A DNA stretch of 64,000 nucleotides from Gemmatimonadota bacterium (GTDB taxonomy: Bacteria > Gemmatimonadota > Gemmatimonadetes > Longimicrobiales > Gaopeijiaceae): assembly GCA_034521595.1 (NCBI GenBank), contig JAXHMG010000003.1, positions 608,001 to 672,000 on the forward strand. The letters run 5' to 3'. Both the position numbers and the translations under genes were made by a program. Under the pieces are notes generated by a model, which worked only from the letters and a program-made list of their open reading frames with translations, did no database searches and was not told the DNA's origin. This document shows, piece after piece, positions 10,176 through 20,935 of the stretch (positions within the stretch are counted from its first letter, which is position 1; each line of letters begins with the position of its first letter).

Positions 10176-12580
10176 GGGTGTGGCACCGAAGCGTCGACGG
10201 AATTCGCGGTGCCGAGCTGCTGCACCGGGGGAGCGGTCCCCGGAGTGAGCACCGCGTCCAGGACCTCGTCCATCGTGCGCACCACTTCGAAGCGAACGTT
10301 GTCGGTGACTTCGGTCGGAAGGAGTTCCAGATCGCTCACGTTCGCGGCGGGGAGCACCACGGTTCGCACGCCGTTGCGGAGTGCCGCCACTGCCTTTTCC
10401 TTCACACCACCCACGCCCAGCACCCTTCCCCGTAGGGTGATCTCTCCCGTCAGCGCCACGTCGGACCGGGTCGGACGCTCCGTGAGCGCCGAGATCAGCG
10501 CCGCGGCGATCGTGATGCCGGCAGAAGGGCCGTCCTTCGGGGTGGCCCCCTCCGGAAGGTGGATGTGCATGTCGATGCGTTCATGGAAGTCCACGTCCAG
10601 GCCCAACATGATCGAGCGGGAGCGTGCGTAGGTGACCGCGGCCTGCGCCGACTCCTTCATCACGTCGCCCAGGGTCCCCGTCAGGCGGAGGTGTCCGGCG
10701 CCCGGGACCACGGCGACCTCCACGTCGAGAATCTCGCCTCCGGTGGCGGTCCACGCGAGGCCGTTCGCGATCCCGACCCGGTCCCCGTCCCGATCGCGGT
10801 CCGGTGGGTGGTACGGTGGGGGCCCCAGCAACTCCCTGAGGTCCTCTCGCCGGACAGCAGGCCGTGTGGGGGCGTCGTCGTCGGCGTGAGCCCGCGCCAG
10901 CTTGCGCGCGATGCGCGAAAATCGACGTTCGAGCTCGCGTACGCCCGCCTCGCGGGTGTAGCGCTCGATGATCTCGCTCACCGCTTCGGGAGCGAGGACC
11001 ACGCCGGAGGGATCCAGACCATGCCCTTCGAGCTGACGTGGCCAGAGATACCGCGTCGCGATTTGACGCTTTTCCGTCAGGAGGTAGCCCGGAAGCCGTA
11101 TGATCTCCATCCGGTCGCGCAGGGGCTCGGGAATGTCCTGGAGCGTGTTGGCCGTGGCGATGAAGAGCACGTCCGAAAGATCGAACTCCACCTCGAGGTA
11201 GTGGTCCGTGAAGGTACGGTTCTGCTCGGGATCGAGCACCTCGAGCAGCGCGGCGCCCGGGTCTCCATGGAAGTCGCGCGCGAGCTTGTCCACCTCGTCG
11301 AGGAGGAAGACCGGGTTGCGCGTGCCGCCCCGCCGAATGCCTTGGACGACGCGGCCGGGAAGGGCTCCCACGTACGTTCTCCGGTGGCCGCGAATCTCCG
11401 CCTCGTCTCGTATGCCACCCAAGCTCACGCGCACGAACTCGCGTCCCAGCGCATTCGCGATGCTTCTGCCCAGGGACGTCTTGCCCACGCCGGGCGGTCC
11501 CACGAGGCACAGGATCGGGCCGCGCATCTCCCGTACCAGGGAAAGGACGGCGACGTGATCCAGAATACGGTCCTTCACTTCGCCCAGCCCGAAGTGCTCG
11601 GCCTCGAGCACGTCCGCTGCGTGTGAGACATCCAGATTGTCCACCGAGCGGCTGGACCATGGGAGGGTGACCAACCAATCGAGATGGTTTCGGATGACCG
11701 CTGCTTCCGGTGCGACCGGATTGAGCTTGCGAAGCCGGGTCAGCTCCTTTTCGGCGCGGTCCCGTACCGTGGACGGGAGCTCGGACTTTCGAATTTGCTC
11801 TTCGAGCTCCCCCCATTCCTCGGGCTCGTCCTTGTTCGGGGGCGCGGCGCGGTCGGAGAGGTCCATGAAGTCGTCTCCCCCGAGCCTCATCTGGAGCCGG
11901 CGGTCGAGCTTGTGCTCGATCCGGAGCATCTCGAGCTCGCGGGATAGCAGCTCCCGCAGAAGCTCCAGGGTGCCGGCGAGTTCCTGGCTCTCGAGGAGCT
12001 CCTGCTTTTCGAGGGACGGGACGATGACGTGGCCGGCGACGAGGTGGGCGAAGCGAACCCGGTCCCCCTCGCTGGTGAGGGTTTCGGAAAGCTCGTCGGG
12101 TACGCGTTCGTGGATGCGGGCGTACTCGCGATACAGGTGCCGGACCGAGCCGGCCAGGCGCTCGACTTCGGGGTCGTTCTCGTGCTCCCCTGTTTCGACT
12201 TCCCGCGCCAGCGGCATGACGGTCGCACGCAAGGCTTCGGACGTCGCGGTCAAACGTTCCACGCGTGCCCTGCCGAGCCCTTCCAGCACGACGCGAGAGG
12301 TGCCGTCGGGTAGCTTCGACATCTGAACGACGCGCGCGACGGTGCCCACACGGAAGAGGTCGGAGGCGTCGGGATCGTCCACCGACGGATCCTTCTGGGC
12401 GACGAGGAGCACCAGGTCGTCGAACTGTTGGCGAGCCTCCTCGAGCGCGGCGAGCGACCGCTGGCGGCCGACCAGGATGGGGAGGACGACGTACGGAAAG
12501 AAAACGAGGTCTCGGAGCGCGACCACGGGCAGCCGCTCGGGGAGCCCGACCGGCTGGTCGACCCGGATCAGCTCGGCCAT
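10172..12580 (-). CDS. lon: ATP-dependent Lon protease
   Basis: GPPGVGKTS, RGHRRTYVGALPG, LLDEVDK, PKDGPSAG catalytic Ser, GGVKEK. Confidence 0.97.
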   Translation of the reverse strand: MAELIRVDQPVGLPERLPVVALRDLVFFPYVVLPILVGRQRSLAALEEARQQFDDLVLLVAQKDPSVDDPDASDLFRVGTVARVVQMSKLPDGTSRVVLEGLGRARVERLTATSEALRATVMPLAREVETGEHENDPEVERLAGSVRHLYREYARIHERVPDELSETLTSEGDRVRFAHLVAGHVIVPSLEKQELLESQELAGTLELLRELLSRELEMLRIEHKLDRRLQMRLGGDDFMDLSDRAAPPNKDEPEEWGELEEQIRKSELPSTVRDRAEKELTRLRKLNPVAPEAAVIRNHLDWLVTLPWSSRSVDNLDVSHAADVLEAEHFGLGEVKDRILDHVAVLSLVREMRGPILCLVGPPGVGKTSLGRSIANALGREFVRVSLGGIRDEAEIRGHRRTYVGALPGRVVQGIRRGGTRNPVFLLDEVDKLARDFHGDPGAALLEVLDPEQNRTFTDHYLEVEFDLSDVLFIATANTLQDIPEPLRDRMEIIRLPGYLLTEKRQIATRYLWPRQLEGHGLDPSGVVLAPEAVSEIIERYTREAGVRELERRFSRIARKLARAHADDDAPTRPAVRREDLRELLGPPPYHPPDRDRDGDRVGIANGLAWTATGGEILDVEVAVVPGAGHLRLTGTLGDVMKESAQAAVTYARSRSIMLGLDVDFHERIDMHIHLPEGATPKDGPSAGITIAAALISALTERPTRSDVALTGEITLRGRVLGVGGVKEKAVAALRNGVRTVVLPAANVSDLELLPTEVTDNVRFEVVRTMDEVLDAVLTPGTAPPVQQLGTANSVDASVPHP

Positions 12581-12596
12581 GCCTCGCCGCCTCGTC

Positions 12597-13829
12597 TCAC
12601 GCCTCCTTCTTCCGCTCCTCCGGATCGAGCACCAACAGCGGTGGCACTCCTTGCTCGACGGCTTCCTGTGTGATGACCACTTCCCGCACGTCCGAACGGG
12701 ACGGGATCTCGTACATCACGTCCCGCATGATCCTCTCGATGATCGAGCGTAGACCGCGCGCTCCCGTGCCCCGGTTGAGCGTCAGGCGCGCGATGGCTCG
12801 AATCGCGGCGGGGTCGAAGGTCAGGCCGATATCCTCGAGCTCGAACATCTTCTGGTATTGCTTGACCAGGGCGTTCTTGGGCTCTTGGAGGATCCGCGTC
12901 AGCGCCTCCTCGTCCAGGTCCTCGAGGTGGACCGTTACGGGAAGCCTCCCCACCAACTCGGGGATCAGTCCGTAGCGCTGCAGATCTTCGGGCTCCACGG
13001 CTTCGAGGAGGGCGGCTTCGTCATCGGCCGTCCGCTCTTCTCCGAATCCGATTCTGCGGTGCCCGACCCGTCCCTCGACGATCTTCTCCAACCCGTCGAA
13101 CGCTCCTCCGCAGATGAAGAGGATGTTCCGGGTGTTGATCTGGATGTACTCCTGCTGCGGGTGCTTACGCCCCCCCTGGGGCGGGACGCTCGCAACGGTA
13201 CCCTCGAGGATCTTGAGGAGCGCTTGCTGGACGCCTTCACCGGAGACATCGCGCGTGATGGACGGGTTCTCCGACTTCCGCGCGACCTTGTCCATCTCGT
13301 CGATGTAGACGATGCCGCGCTCGCAGTCGGCGACGTTGAAATCCGAAGCCTGGAGAAGCCGCACGAGGATGTTCTCGACGTCCTCGCCGACATAACCCGC
13401 CTCCGTGAGCGTCGTGGCATCGGCGATCGTGAAGGGGACGTTCAACGTCCGAGCCAACGTTTGCGCGAGGAGGGTCTTTCCCACACCCGTCGACCCGATG
13501 AAGAGGATGTTGGCTTTGTCGATCTCCACCTCGTCGAGCAAGCCCTGATGATTGACCCGCTTATAGTGGTTGTAGACCGATACCGCGAGCGCGCGCTTGG
13601 CCGCTTCCTGGCCGATCACGTATCCGTCGAGGACGGACTTGATCTCTTCCGGGGTAGGACTCGGAACCACCTGCTCCTGGGCTTCCCGTTCCTCTTCCTC
13701 TGCCAGGATCTCGTTGCAGAGCGAGATGCACTCGTTGCAGATATAGACGTTCGGCCCGGAGATGAACTTCTTGACGCTCTCCTTGGATTTGCCGCAGAAG
13801 CTGCATCGAAGGTGTTTGTCAGTCGTCAT
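12597..13829 (-). CDS. clpX: ATP-dependent Clp protease ATPase ClpX
   Basis: CSFCGK...ICNEC zinc finger, [30 protein letters not shown] loop. Confidence 0.98.
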   Translation of the reverse strand: MTTDKHLRCSFCGKSKESVKKFISGPNVYICNECISLCNEILAEEEEREAQEQVVPSPTPEEIKSVLDGYVIGQEAAKRALAVSVYNHYKRVNHQGLLDEVEIDKANILFIGSTGVGKTLLAQTLARTLNVPFTIADATTLTEAGYVGEDVENILVRLLQASDFNVADCERGIVYIDEMDKVARKSENPSITRDVSGEGVQQALLKILEGTVASVPPQGGRKHPQQEYIQINTRNILFICGGAFDGLEKIVEGRVGHRRIGFGEERTADDEAALLEAVEPEDLQRYGLIPELVGRLPVTVHLEDLDEEALTRILQEPKNALVKQYQKMFELEDIGLTFDPAAIRAIARLTLNRGTGARGLRSIIERIMRDVMYEIPSRSDVREVVITQEAVEQGVPPLLVLDPEERKKEA

Positions 13830-13891
13830 GTCTCTTCTCGCTCCATCACGGGAAGGCGCAGGCCGTCATCGCTCGAGCTCCGGCGACCGTC

Positions 13892-14539
13892 CTAGTCGAT
13901 TCGATCCGCATCGCCGGTGTGATCCGAATCTGCCGGGCGATGGTCGGTTTGCTGAACCGGCCCTTCGAGGACCCTGTCGATGAGTCCGTAATCGCGGGCT
14001 TCCTCCGGCCCCATGAAACGGTCTCGGTCGATGTCTTCCATGATCTGTTCGGGCGTTTGGCCCGTGTGGCGTGCCAGTATGTTGTTGAGGTTCTCGCGGA
14101 CGTAGAGCACTTCCTGCGCCGCGATCTCGATGTCCGCCGCCGTTCCGCGCGAACCCCCGGACGGTTGGTGCAACATGATGCGGGAGTTCGGCAGCGCGTT
14201 CCTCTTGCCCTTCTCGCCGGCGGTCAACAGCACCGCTCCCATCGAGGCCGCCATGCCGACGCAGAACGTCGATACGGGCGCTCGCAGGTGCTGCATCGTG
14301 TCGTAGACCGCCATTCCGGCGTACACACTCCCCCCGGGGGAGTTGATGTACATGAAGATGTCGCGCTCCGGATCGTCAGCATCGAGAAAGAGGAGCTGCG
14401 CCACGATGATGTTCGCGACATTCTCGTCGATCGTGCTTCCGAGGAAGACGATCCGGTCCATGAGGAGCCGGCTGAAGATATCGTAGCTGCGCTCGCCACG
14501 GCTGGTTCGCTCGATGACGTACGGCGGGAAAATCGGCAT
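13892..14539 (-). CDS. clpP: ATP-dependent Clp protease proteolytic subunit
   Basis: [28 protein letters not shown]. Confidence 0.98.
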   Translation of the reverse strand: MPIFPPYVIERTSRGERSYDIFSRLLMDRIVFLGSTIDENVANIIVAQLLFLDADDPERDIFMYINSPGGSVYAGMAVYDTMQHLRAPVSTFCVGMAASMGAVLLTAGEKGKRNALPNSRIMLHQPSGGSRGTAADIEIAAQEVLYVRENLNNILARHTGQTPEQIMEDIDRDRFMGPEEARDYGLIDRVLEGPVQQTDHRPADSDHTGDADRID

Positions 14540-14570
14540 GGTACCTCGTGTGAGAGGGGTCGGCAGTCCT

Positions 14571-15851
14571 TCAGGACTCCGACTCCTCGATGATCTCGGA
14601 TTGGGCCTTGAGGAAGTCGAATACTTTCCGCTCCGTCAACTCCCGTTCGAGCGCTTCCAGTCGTCCTGACTTCTGTAACTGCGCGTAGACCTTGGCCGGT
14701 TCCGTGTCATTGGCGGTCGCGATCTCCTCGACGCGGGCGTCCAGCTCGTCGTCGCTCGCTTTGAGGCCTTGGGTCTCGGCGATCCGTTCGATGACCATGA
14801 TACGCTTGACCACACGCTCCGCTTCGGGCCGTAACCGCTCCCGGACTTCGGCGAGCTTCTCTTCGCCCAGCTCCTCTTGGTGCTCGCCGATCATGGAATC
14901 CGAATAACGGTCGATCATCGACGTCGGGATCTCCACGGGATTGGCCTCGAGCAGAGCGTCGAGCAGGCGGCCTCGCACCACGGAGTCGGCTTGCTGCTCG
15001 GCGTCGCGCTCGAGGTCTTCGCGCACCTTGGCTCGGAGCTCGTCGAGGGTTTCGAACTCCCCTACCTGGCGTGCCAGATCGTCGTCGAGCTCGGGAACTT
15101 CCATTTCCTTCCGAGAGGTGAGCGTGATGCGCACGCGTTCCGATTGTCCACGGCGAGCATCGTCCGGGAAATCCTCCGGGAAGGCGACGTCGAAGTCACC
15201 GGCGGCGCCGGGCTCGAGCGTGCGGATGGCGTTCTCGATATCCGGGATCGCGTCACCCTGGCCGAGGCGGATCTCGTAGTCCCGTCCTTCGGCGGTCTCT
15301 TCTCCCTCCTCCGTGAGTCGGACGATGTGCACGGAGACCGTGTCCTTGTCGTTGGGCAGCCCTTCCTCGGCCGGCTTCCACACACCCGCCTCTTCCCGGA
15401 TGCGGTCCAGGACTTCGTCCACCTGCTCGTCCGTCACGGTGGGGACCGGACGCTCGACGACGAAGCCCCCCAGCGTCTCCAGGTCGACGACCGGTTCCAC
15501 GTCGAAGGTGACGGAGAAGTGGAGGTCGGATTCGGGCTCGTAGCGGACGTTCTCGATCTCCCCCTCGCTGATGGGCCGCAACTCACGGGCGGCGAGCGCC
15601 TCCCGGTAGGCGTCACCGACGAGCTTGTCGAGAGCTTCCTGTCGGAGCGCTCCCTTGAAGCGCCCCTCGATCATCCGTGCCGGCACCCTGCCTTTCCTGA
15701 ACCCCTTGAGGTTCGCGCGTGAAGCGAGGTTCCGGGCCGCCTTTTGTTCTTCCTCACGGACGAAGTCGGCCGGTACCGTCACATTGAGGCGTCGTTTCCA
15801 TCCGGCTTCTTCGTCGACGGTGATCTCGAGGCGCGAAGCGTCCAGGGTCAT
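14571..15851 (-). CDS. tig: trigger factor
   Basis: GFRKGRVP ribosome-binding signature and FKBP-like middle domain; start placed at ATG 15851 (MTLDASRL) because the longer ORF runs into the tRNA. Confidence 0.93.
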   Translation of the reverse strand: MTLDASRLEITVDEEAGWKRRLNVTVPADFVREEEQKAARNLASRANLKGFRKGRVPARMIEGRFKGALRQEALDKLVGDAYREALAARELRPISEGEIENVRYEPESDLHFSVTFDVEPVVDLETLGGFVVERPVPTVTDEQVDEVLDRIREEAGVWKPAEEGLPNDKDTVSVHIVRLTEEGEETAEGRDYEIRLGQGDAIPDIENAIRTLEPGAAGDFDVAFPEDFPDDARRGQSERVRITLTSRKEMEVPELDDDLARQVGEFETLDELRAKVREDLERDAEQQADSVVRGRLLDALLEANPVEIPTSMIDRYSDSMIGEHQEELGEEKLAEVRERLRPEAERVVKRIMVIERIAETQGLKASDDELDARVEEIATANDTEPAKVYAQLQKSGRLEALERELTERKVFDFLKAQSEIIEESES

Positions 15852-15889
15852 GTGCTGCTCTGCGAGGTTCGGGTGCAAGGGGGGCCGAG

Positions 15890-15972
15890 TGCGAAAGGGG
15901 GGAGTCGAACCCCCACGGCACGAGGCCACGGGATCCTAAATCCCGCGCGTCTACCAATTCCGCCACTTTCGC
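15890..15972 (-). tRNA. tRNA-Leu (anticodon TAG)
   Basis: Reverse complement GCGAAAGTGGCGGAATTGGTAGACGCG-CGGGA TTTAGGA TCCCG-long variable arm-GGGGGTTCGACTCCCC-CTTTCGCA; acceptor stem GCGAAAG/CTTTCGC; CCA not encoded. Confidence 0.97.
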
Positions 15973-15986
15973 GCCGTCCATGAAGA

Positions 15987-16016
15987 AAGATAAACCCGGG
16001 GCGAAGACCGGTTCAA
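15987..16016 (-). promoter_or_regulatory. putative sigma-70 promoter of tRNA-Leu/tig/clpPX
   Basis: TTGAAC-N18-TATCTT on the minus strand, just upstream of the tRNA 5' end. Confidence 0.5.
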
Positions 16017-16088
16017 TCTCACCACGTGGCGCGAATGCCGGAACCGGTCGTGGGCTTGGACGCATACCGCGGCCGGGCAACCGCCGGA

Positions 16089-16119
16089 AGGCGGGTCACG
16101 GAAGGTCCGCGACCCGCCT
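16089..16119 (-). terminator. hairpin downstream of degP (putative terminator)
   Basis: AGGCGGGTCACGGA-AGG-TCCGCGACCCGCCT inverted repeat; no strong U-tract. Confidence 0.45.
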
Positions 16120-16160
16120 CCTCGCCACCCCGGGCTGTTCGCGCACGTTCGGAATCGCGG

Positions 16161-17741
16161 TTACGGCATGCGCACGTTGACCACGCGCCGCGATCCTTCG
16201 GGATCCTCGAACTGGAGGGACACGATCTTCCCCGACTCCGCCTGGTCGAGCGCCGCTCGAAGCTCTTCGGGGCTTTCGATCGTCGTGTTGCCGACACGGA
16301 TCAGCTTGTTGCCACGGTACGTTCCGACGCCGCGCCTGGCGGCGGGGCTGCCGCGGGCCACTTCGGTGAGCACCACGCCGCTGCCGACCTCGAATCCGGT
16401 GGCCTGTGCGATCTCGCCGTCGATCGGCTCAACCTGGATTCCGAGTCGTGTGTCCGAAGCATCGACACGCTCGCTCTGAGCGGACGGTTGGGTCACGATG
16501 GGGGCCTCGTCGAGCCGAACCGTCACGTCCGTCGGCTCTCCGTCCCGGTACACAGTAACCTCCACCCGGTCGCCGGGCCGACGTTCCGCGATCTTGGCCT
16601 GGAGCTCCGCCACGTATCCGACGGGCTCCCCGTCGAGCGCCACAATGACGTCCTCGGGTTGGAGCGCCCCGGCCGACGGACCCTCCGGGTCGACCGTCTG
16701 GACGAGAACGCCGGAAATCGACGGTAGATCGTAGACCGCCGCGTCTTCGGCGGCGACGTCCTGAATGGACACGCCGATCCGGGGCCGCTGAACGTGCCCG
16801 TACTCGATGAGGTCTTCCATGACTCGGCGTGCCAGGTTGACCGGGATGGCGAAGCCGTATCCCTGGTAGACACCCGTCGTCGAGGCGATCGCCGAGTTGA
16901 TGCCCACGACCTGGCCGTCGAGGTTGACCATCGGACCGCCGGAGTTTCCGGGGTTGATCACCGCGTCCGTCTGGATGAAGTCCTCGATCGCCCAGCGGGA
17001 CTGTTCGGGCCCGAAGTCCGGATTCTGGAAGAGGTCTCTTTGGAGTAGCTGGAGGCCTCGTCCGCGTGCGCTCACGATCCCGGCGGTCACGGTGAAGTCG
17101 AGCTGCTGGGATGAGCCGAAGCCGGGGTTCCCGATCGCCAGCACCCACTCCCCGACACGGAGCCCGTCCGAATCACCGAACGACATGGGAGAGAGGGGTT
17201 CACCCGCGTCGATCTTGATCACTGCGATGTCGGTGAACGGGTCCCGGCCGACCACCTCGGCGTCGAAATACCGCCGATCGGAAAGGTAGACACGGATGGC
17301 GTCGGCACCCGCGACCACGTGGTTGTTGGTGAGGATGTATCCGTCCTCCGAGACGATGAACCCGCTCCCTCCGGCGATGCGCCCTTGCGGCGGCCTGGAC
17401 TCCTCGTCCTGCTGTTCCTCCCGCTGTTCCTCGGGAAGGTCGAAGAATCGGCGGAATGCATCGGGCACCTCTTGATTCCGCCCTCCGCTCGACTCGACGG
17501 TCCGCCGGGTCTCGATGCGAACCACCGAGGGTGTAACGGCATCCGCGAGATTCGTGAACGCGTCGCTCAGGTCTCTCGCCGGGCGCACCTGTTCGGAAGA
17601 CACCTGCGGCGCCTCGGTGATGCCGGGCATGGCGTGGGACGAGCTCGTCCACCCGAGGCCGCCTGCGAGCCCGATTCCGAAGAGGAATGCGGTCGCGGTC
17701 AGCAGGATCATCTTCGTCTTCGCTCTGAGTGGATCGTACAT
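16161..17741 (-). CDS. degP: periplasmic serine protease, Do/DegP/HtrA family with two PDZ domains
   Basis: Signal peptide; TNNHV, DIAV, QTDAVINPGNSGGP; two PDZ-like regions. Confidence 0.9.
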   Translation of the reverse strand: MYDPLRAKTKMILLTATAFLFGIGLAGGLGWTSSSHAMPGITEAPQVSSEQVRPARDLSDAFTNLADAVTPSVVRIETRRTVESSGGRNQEVPDAFRRFFDLPEEQREEQQDEESRPPQGRIAGGSGFIVSEDGYILTNNHVVAGADAIRVYLSDRRYFDAEVVGRDPFTDIAVIKIDAGEPLSPMSFGDSDGLRVGEWVLAIGNPGFGSSQQLDFTVTAGIVSARGRGLQLLQRDLFQNPDFGPEQSRWAIEDFIQTDAVINPGNSGGPMVNLDGQVVGINSAIASTTGVYQGYGFAIPVNLARRVMEDLIEYGHVQRPRIGVSIQDVAAEDAAVYDLPSISGVLVQTVDPEGPSAGALQPEDVIVALDGEPVGYVAELQAKIAERRPGDRVEVTVYRDGEPTDVTVRLDEAPIVTQPSAQSERVDASDTRLGIQVEPIDGEIAQATGFEVGSGVVLTEVARGSPAARRGVGTYRGNKLIRVGNTTIESPEELRAALDQAESGKIVSLQFEDPEGSRRVVNVRMP

Positions 17742-17808
17742 CTAAGCTTCTCCTCCGGGTCGATGACCGCTCGCGGCGCGTCTCGGGGTGATGGAGCTTC
17801 GGTACACA

Positions 17809-17861
17809 CAAAAGACGGAAGCGATCCGGCCGGTCGGGCAAGGCCCGGGCCGGCCGGATCG
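17809..17861 (-). terminator. putative intrinsic terminator after dnaK
   Basis: GCGATCCGGCCGG...CCGGCCGGATCGC stem followed on the minus strand by TTCCGTCTTTTG. Confidence 0.55.
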
Positions 17862-17935
17862 CTCCCGTCGAGATCTGGGATGCCGATGAACGGGGGAAGG
17901 GTTGCTCGCGCATCCCTCCCCCGAGCTTCACCGGG

Positions 17936-19867
17936 TCACTTCTCTTCGTCCACGATCTCGTAGTCGGCCTCGACGACATCCTCGTCGTCTTCCTGCGCGC
18001 TCCCGGCCTCCGGCTCGGCCTGCGCGGCACCTTCGGCGGTTCCGGTGGCCTCGCCTTCTTCGGCCTGGGCCTGGTACATCTCCTGGCCCGCGGCGCTGAA
18101 CGCCTGCATGAGCTCGTCTCGCGCGGAGTTCATGGCTTCGAGATCGTCGCCCTTGAGCGCTTCCTTGGCCTGCGTGAGCGCGGTGTCGACCCGCTCCTTC
18201 GTACCGGCGTCGACGTTTTCGCCCCACTCTTCGGTGTCCCGCTCGACCTGGTAGACGAGCGAGTCGAGTTGGTTGCGCGCCTCGACCTTGGCCTGGCGTT
18301 CCTCGTCTTCGGACGCGTGCGCTTCGGCGTCCTTCACCATCTGGTCGATCTCGTCCTCGGACAGGCCTCCGGTGGCTTCGATCCGGATCTTCTGCTCCTT
18401 CTCGGTCGCTCGATCCTTGGCGGAGACGTGAAGGATGCCGTTCGCGTCGATGTCGAACGTGACCTCGATCTGGGGCATGCCCCTGCGTGCCGGTGGGATT
18501 CCCGTGAGCTGGAACTTCCCGATCGTCTTGTTGTCCACGGCCATCTTTCGCTCGCCCTGGAGGACGTGGATCTCGACGGTCGTCTGGTTGTCCTCGGCCG
18601 TGGAGAAGACTTCCGTCTTCTTGGTCGGAATCGTCGTGTTCCGCTCGATGAGCGGCGTCATCACTCCGCCCAGCGTCTCGATGCCGAGCGAGAGCGGCGT
18701 CACGTCGAGGAGCAGGACGTCGGAGACGTCGCCGGCGAGCACGCCACCCTGAATCGCGGCGCCGATCGCGACGACCTCGTCCGGGTTCACACCCTTGTGG
18801 GGCTCCTTTCCGAAGAAGTTCTGCACGACTTCCTGGATCTTCGGAATCCGCGTCGAGCCACCCACGAGGATCACTTCGTCGACGTCGTCGGTCTTGATGC
18901 CCGCGTCTTCGAGTGCTTTCTCCATGGGCGGAATCGTGCGCTCGATCAGGTCGTCGACCAACTGCTCGAACTTCGCCCGGCTGAGCGTATAATTGAGGTG
19001 CTTGGGCCCCTCTTGCGTCGCGGTGATGAACGGCAGGTTGATGTCCGTGGTCATCGTCGTGGACAGCTCCATCTTGGCCTTCTCAGCCGCTTCTTTGAGC
19101 CGCTGAAGGGCCATGGAGTCCTGTGCCAGGTCGATCCCCTGGTCCTTCTTGAACTCGTCGACGAGCCAGTTGATGACCCGCTGATCGAAGTCGTCACCAC
19201 CGAGGTGCGTGTCTCCGTTGGTCGACTTGACTTCGAAGACCCCGTCGCCGAGCTCCAGGATGGAGATGTCGTACGTGCCTCCACCGAGGTCGAAGACCGC
19301 GATCTTCTCGTCGTTCTTCTTGTCCAACCCGTAGGCGAGCGCGGCGGCCGTGGGCTCGTTGATGATCCGCAGGACTTCGAGCCCCGCGATCTTCCCCGCG
19401 TCCTTCGTCGCCTGCCGTTGCGAGTCGTTGAAGTAGGCGGGAACGGTGATGACCGCTTCCGTGACCTTCGATCCGACGTAGTCCTCGGCGGTTTGTCGCA
19501 TCTTCTGGAGGACCATCGCGCTGATCTCGGGCGGCGTGAACGTCTTGTCGGCGTTCTTGGCGGTCACCTGCACGCGGCCCGACTCGTCGTGTCCGACTTC
19601 GTAGGGAACCAGCTTCTCCTCTTCCTTCACCTCACTGTGCTTGCGCCCCATGAAGCGCTTGATGGAGAAGATGGTGTTTTCCGGATTCGTGATCGCCTGC
19701 CGGCGGGCGACCTGCCCGACGAGACGCTCCCCGTCCTTTGTAAAGGCGACCACGGATGGTGTGGTGCGCCCCCCTTCGGCGTTGGGGATCACGACGGGCT
19801 CTCCGCCCTCCATGACCGAGACCACCGAGTTCGTGGTTCCGAGGTCGATTCCGATGACTTTGCCCAT
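17936..19867 (-). CDS. dnaK: chaperone DnaK
   Basis: [31 protein letters not shown], acidic C-terminus. Confidence 0.99.
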   Translation of the reverse strand: MGKVIGIDLGTTNSVVSVMEGGEPVVIPNAEGGRTTPSVVAFTKDGERLVGQVARRQAITNPENTIFSIKRFMGRKHSEVKEEEKLVPYEVGHDESGRVQVTAKNADKTFTPPEISAMVLQKMRQTAEDYVGSKVTEAVITVPAYFNDSQRQATKDAGKIAGLEVLRIINEPTAAALAYGLDKKNDEKIAVFDLGGGTYDISILELGDGVFEVKSTNGDTHLGGDDFDQRVINWLVDEFKKDQGIDLAQDSMALQRLKEAAEKAKMELSTTMTTDINLPFITATQEGPKHLNYTLSRAKFEQLVDDLIERTIPPMEKALEDAGIKTDDVDEVILVGGSTRIPKIQEVVQNFFGKEPHKGVNPDEVVAIGAAIQGGVLAGDVSDVLLLDVTPLSLGIETLGGVMTPLIERNTTIPTKKTEVFSTAEDNQTTVEIHVLQGERKMAVDNKTIGKFQLTGIPPARRGMPQIEVTFDIDANGILHVSAKDRATEKEQKIRIEATGGLSEDEIDQMVKDAEAHASEDEERQAKVEARNQLDSLVYQVERDTEEWGENVDAGTKERVDTALTQAKEALKGDDLEAMNSARDELMQAFSAAGQEMYQAQAEEGEATGTAEGAAQAEPEAGSAQEDDEDVVEADYEIVDEEK

Positions 19868-20003
19868 GTCCTCCTCTCACGTTTGTTGGGGCCCGAAAGG
19901 GTCCTCGCGGGCACCCTCGAGCGACGATCGTTCATGTTCGTGCCGGGCCGGTGCTCACCGACCCTCGTCCGGACGGGGCATAGCCCGTCATCATGTCTCC
20001 GAG

Positions 20004-20020
20004 TGCAAGCCACGTGCCGA
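20004..20020 (-). promoter_or_regulatory. sigma-54 (-24/-12) promoter of dnaK
   Basis: Minus strand TCGGCACGTGGCTTGCA = GG-N10-GC, close to consensus TGGCAC-N5-TTGCW; about 135 nt upstream of the ATG. Confidence 0.7.
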
Positions 20021-20203
20021 CCAAGGGTAGCCCGATTTCCGCCGGATTGACGCGCTCCCGGGCGCGAACGCGCCAATATGGCAGTGGCGGTGCCCGGGGG
20101 CGGGCTTCGGTCGTAGGATCAGGGGCCGTCGAGCGCTCGGCCGCCGTCGGCGGGCCCCCGTTAGCTTGGTGAGCGTTTTCCACCACCTCGGACTGCGTTT
20201 CTC

Positions 20204-20935
20204 GTGTTTCCGCTTCGCGACGACAACCCGACGGATATCTTTCCCGTCATGACGGTCCTCGCTATCGGGGGCACGGGCGCCGTCTGGTGGCTCGTTCAGG
20301 GGGCGGGCATCTCGGAGACGGCACTCGTTGCCTCTATCTGCCGCTACGGCGTGATCGCGGTGGAGTTGACCGGCGGAGAGCCCGGGGCCGATGCCGGTCC
20401 CTGCACGCTCGGTGGGCTCACCTGGCAAGCCGTGTTCACCTCCATATTCATGCATGGTGGATGGGCCCATCTGATCGGCAACATGTGGTTTCTCTGGATC
20501 TTCGGGAATAATGTGGAGGATGCGCTGGGTCATGTACGGTTCGTGATCTTCTACCTCGTGGCCGGGGTGGTGGCGGCTGGTGCTCAGATCGTCGCGACGC
20601 CGGAGTCGCAGGCTCCGATGGTGGGCGCGTCCGGTGCGGTGAGCGCGGTCATGGGTGCGTACGTGCTGCTCTATCCTCGGGCTCGTGTGGATACTTTGTT
20701 CGTCTTCTTCGTCTTCGTGAGACTCCTCCCGTTGCCTGCGTGGGTCATGTTGGGATACTGGATCGGGCTCCAACTCCTCGCATCGACGCTCGCCCCCGCG
20801 GACGGTGGGGGCGTGGCCTATATGGCTCACATCGGGGGGTTCGGCGCTGGTCTCGTGCTCGTGACGCTTCTGATGCCGCCGCGACGCTCGCGACGTGGAC
20901 GGCGCCCGCGAAAGCGCGGCGGTCGGCTCCGGTGA
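20204..20935 (+). CDS. rhomboid family intramembrane serine protease
   Basis: FPLRDDNP, FMHGGWAHLIGNM, GASGAVS, AHIGGF. Confidence 0.95.
   Translation: MFPLRDDNPTDIFPVMTVLAIGGTGAVWWLVQGAGISETALVASICRYGVIAVELTGGEPGADAGPCTLGGLTWQAVFTSIFMHGGWAHLIGNMWFLWIFGNNVEDALGHVRFVIFYLVAGVVAAGAQIVATPESQAPMVGASGAVSAVMGAYVLLYPRARVDTLFVFFVFVRLLPLPAWVMLGYWIGLQLLASTLAPADGGGVAYMAHIGGFGAGLVLVTLLMPPRRSRRGRRPRKRGGRLR

Noticed and set aside
19996-20010. CIRCE element upstream of dnaK
   Set aside because: Only one half-site-like TTGCACTC; the second arm at 9-bp spacing is missing and the sequence is better explained as the sigma-54 -12 box
18269-20050. 593-aa ORF antisense to dnaK, and similar long shadow ORFs (315-2462, 4032-5498, 45217-46635, 50564-53512)
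   Set aside because: Expected from high-GC codon bias opposite conserved genes; no motifs or RBS support
20079-20094. Plus-strand GG-N10-GC (TGGCAGTGGCGGTGCC) as a sigma-54 promoter for the rhomboid gene
   Set aside because: Lacks the TTGCW -12 context; overlaps the palindromic box
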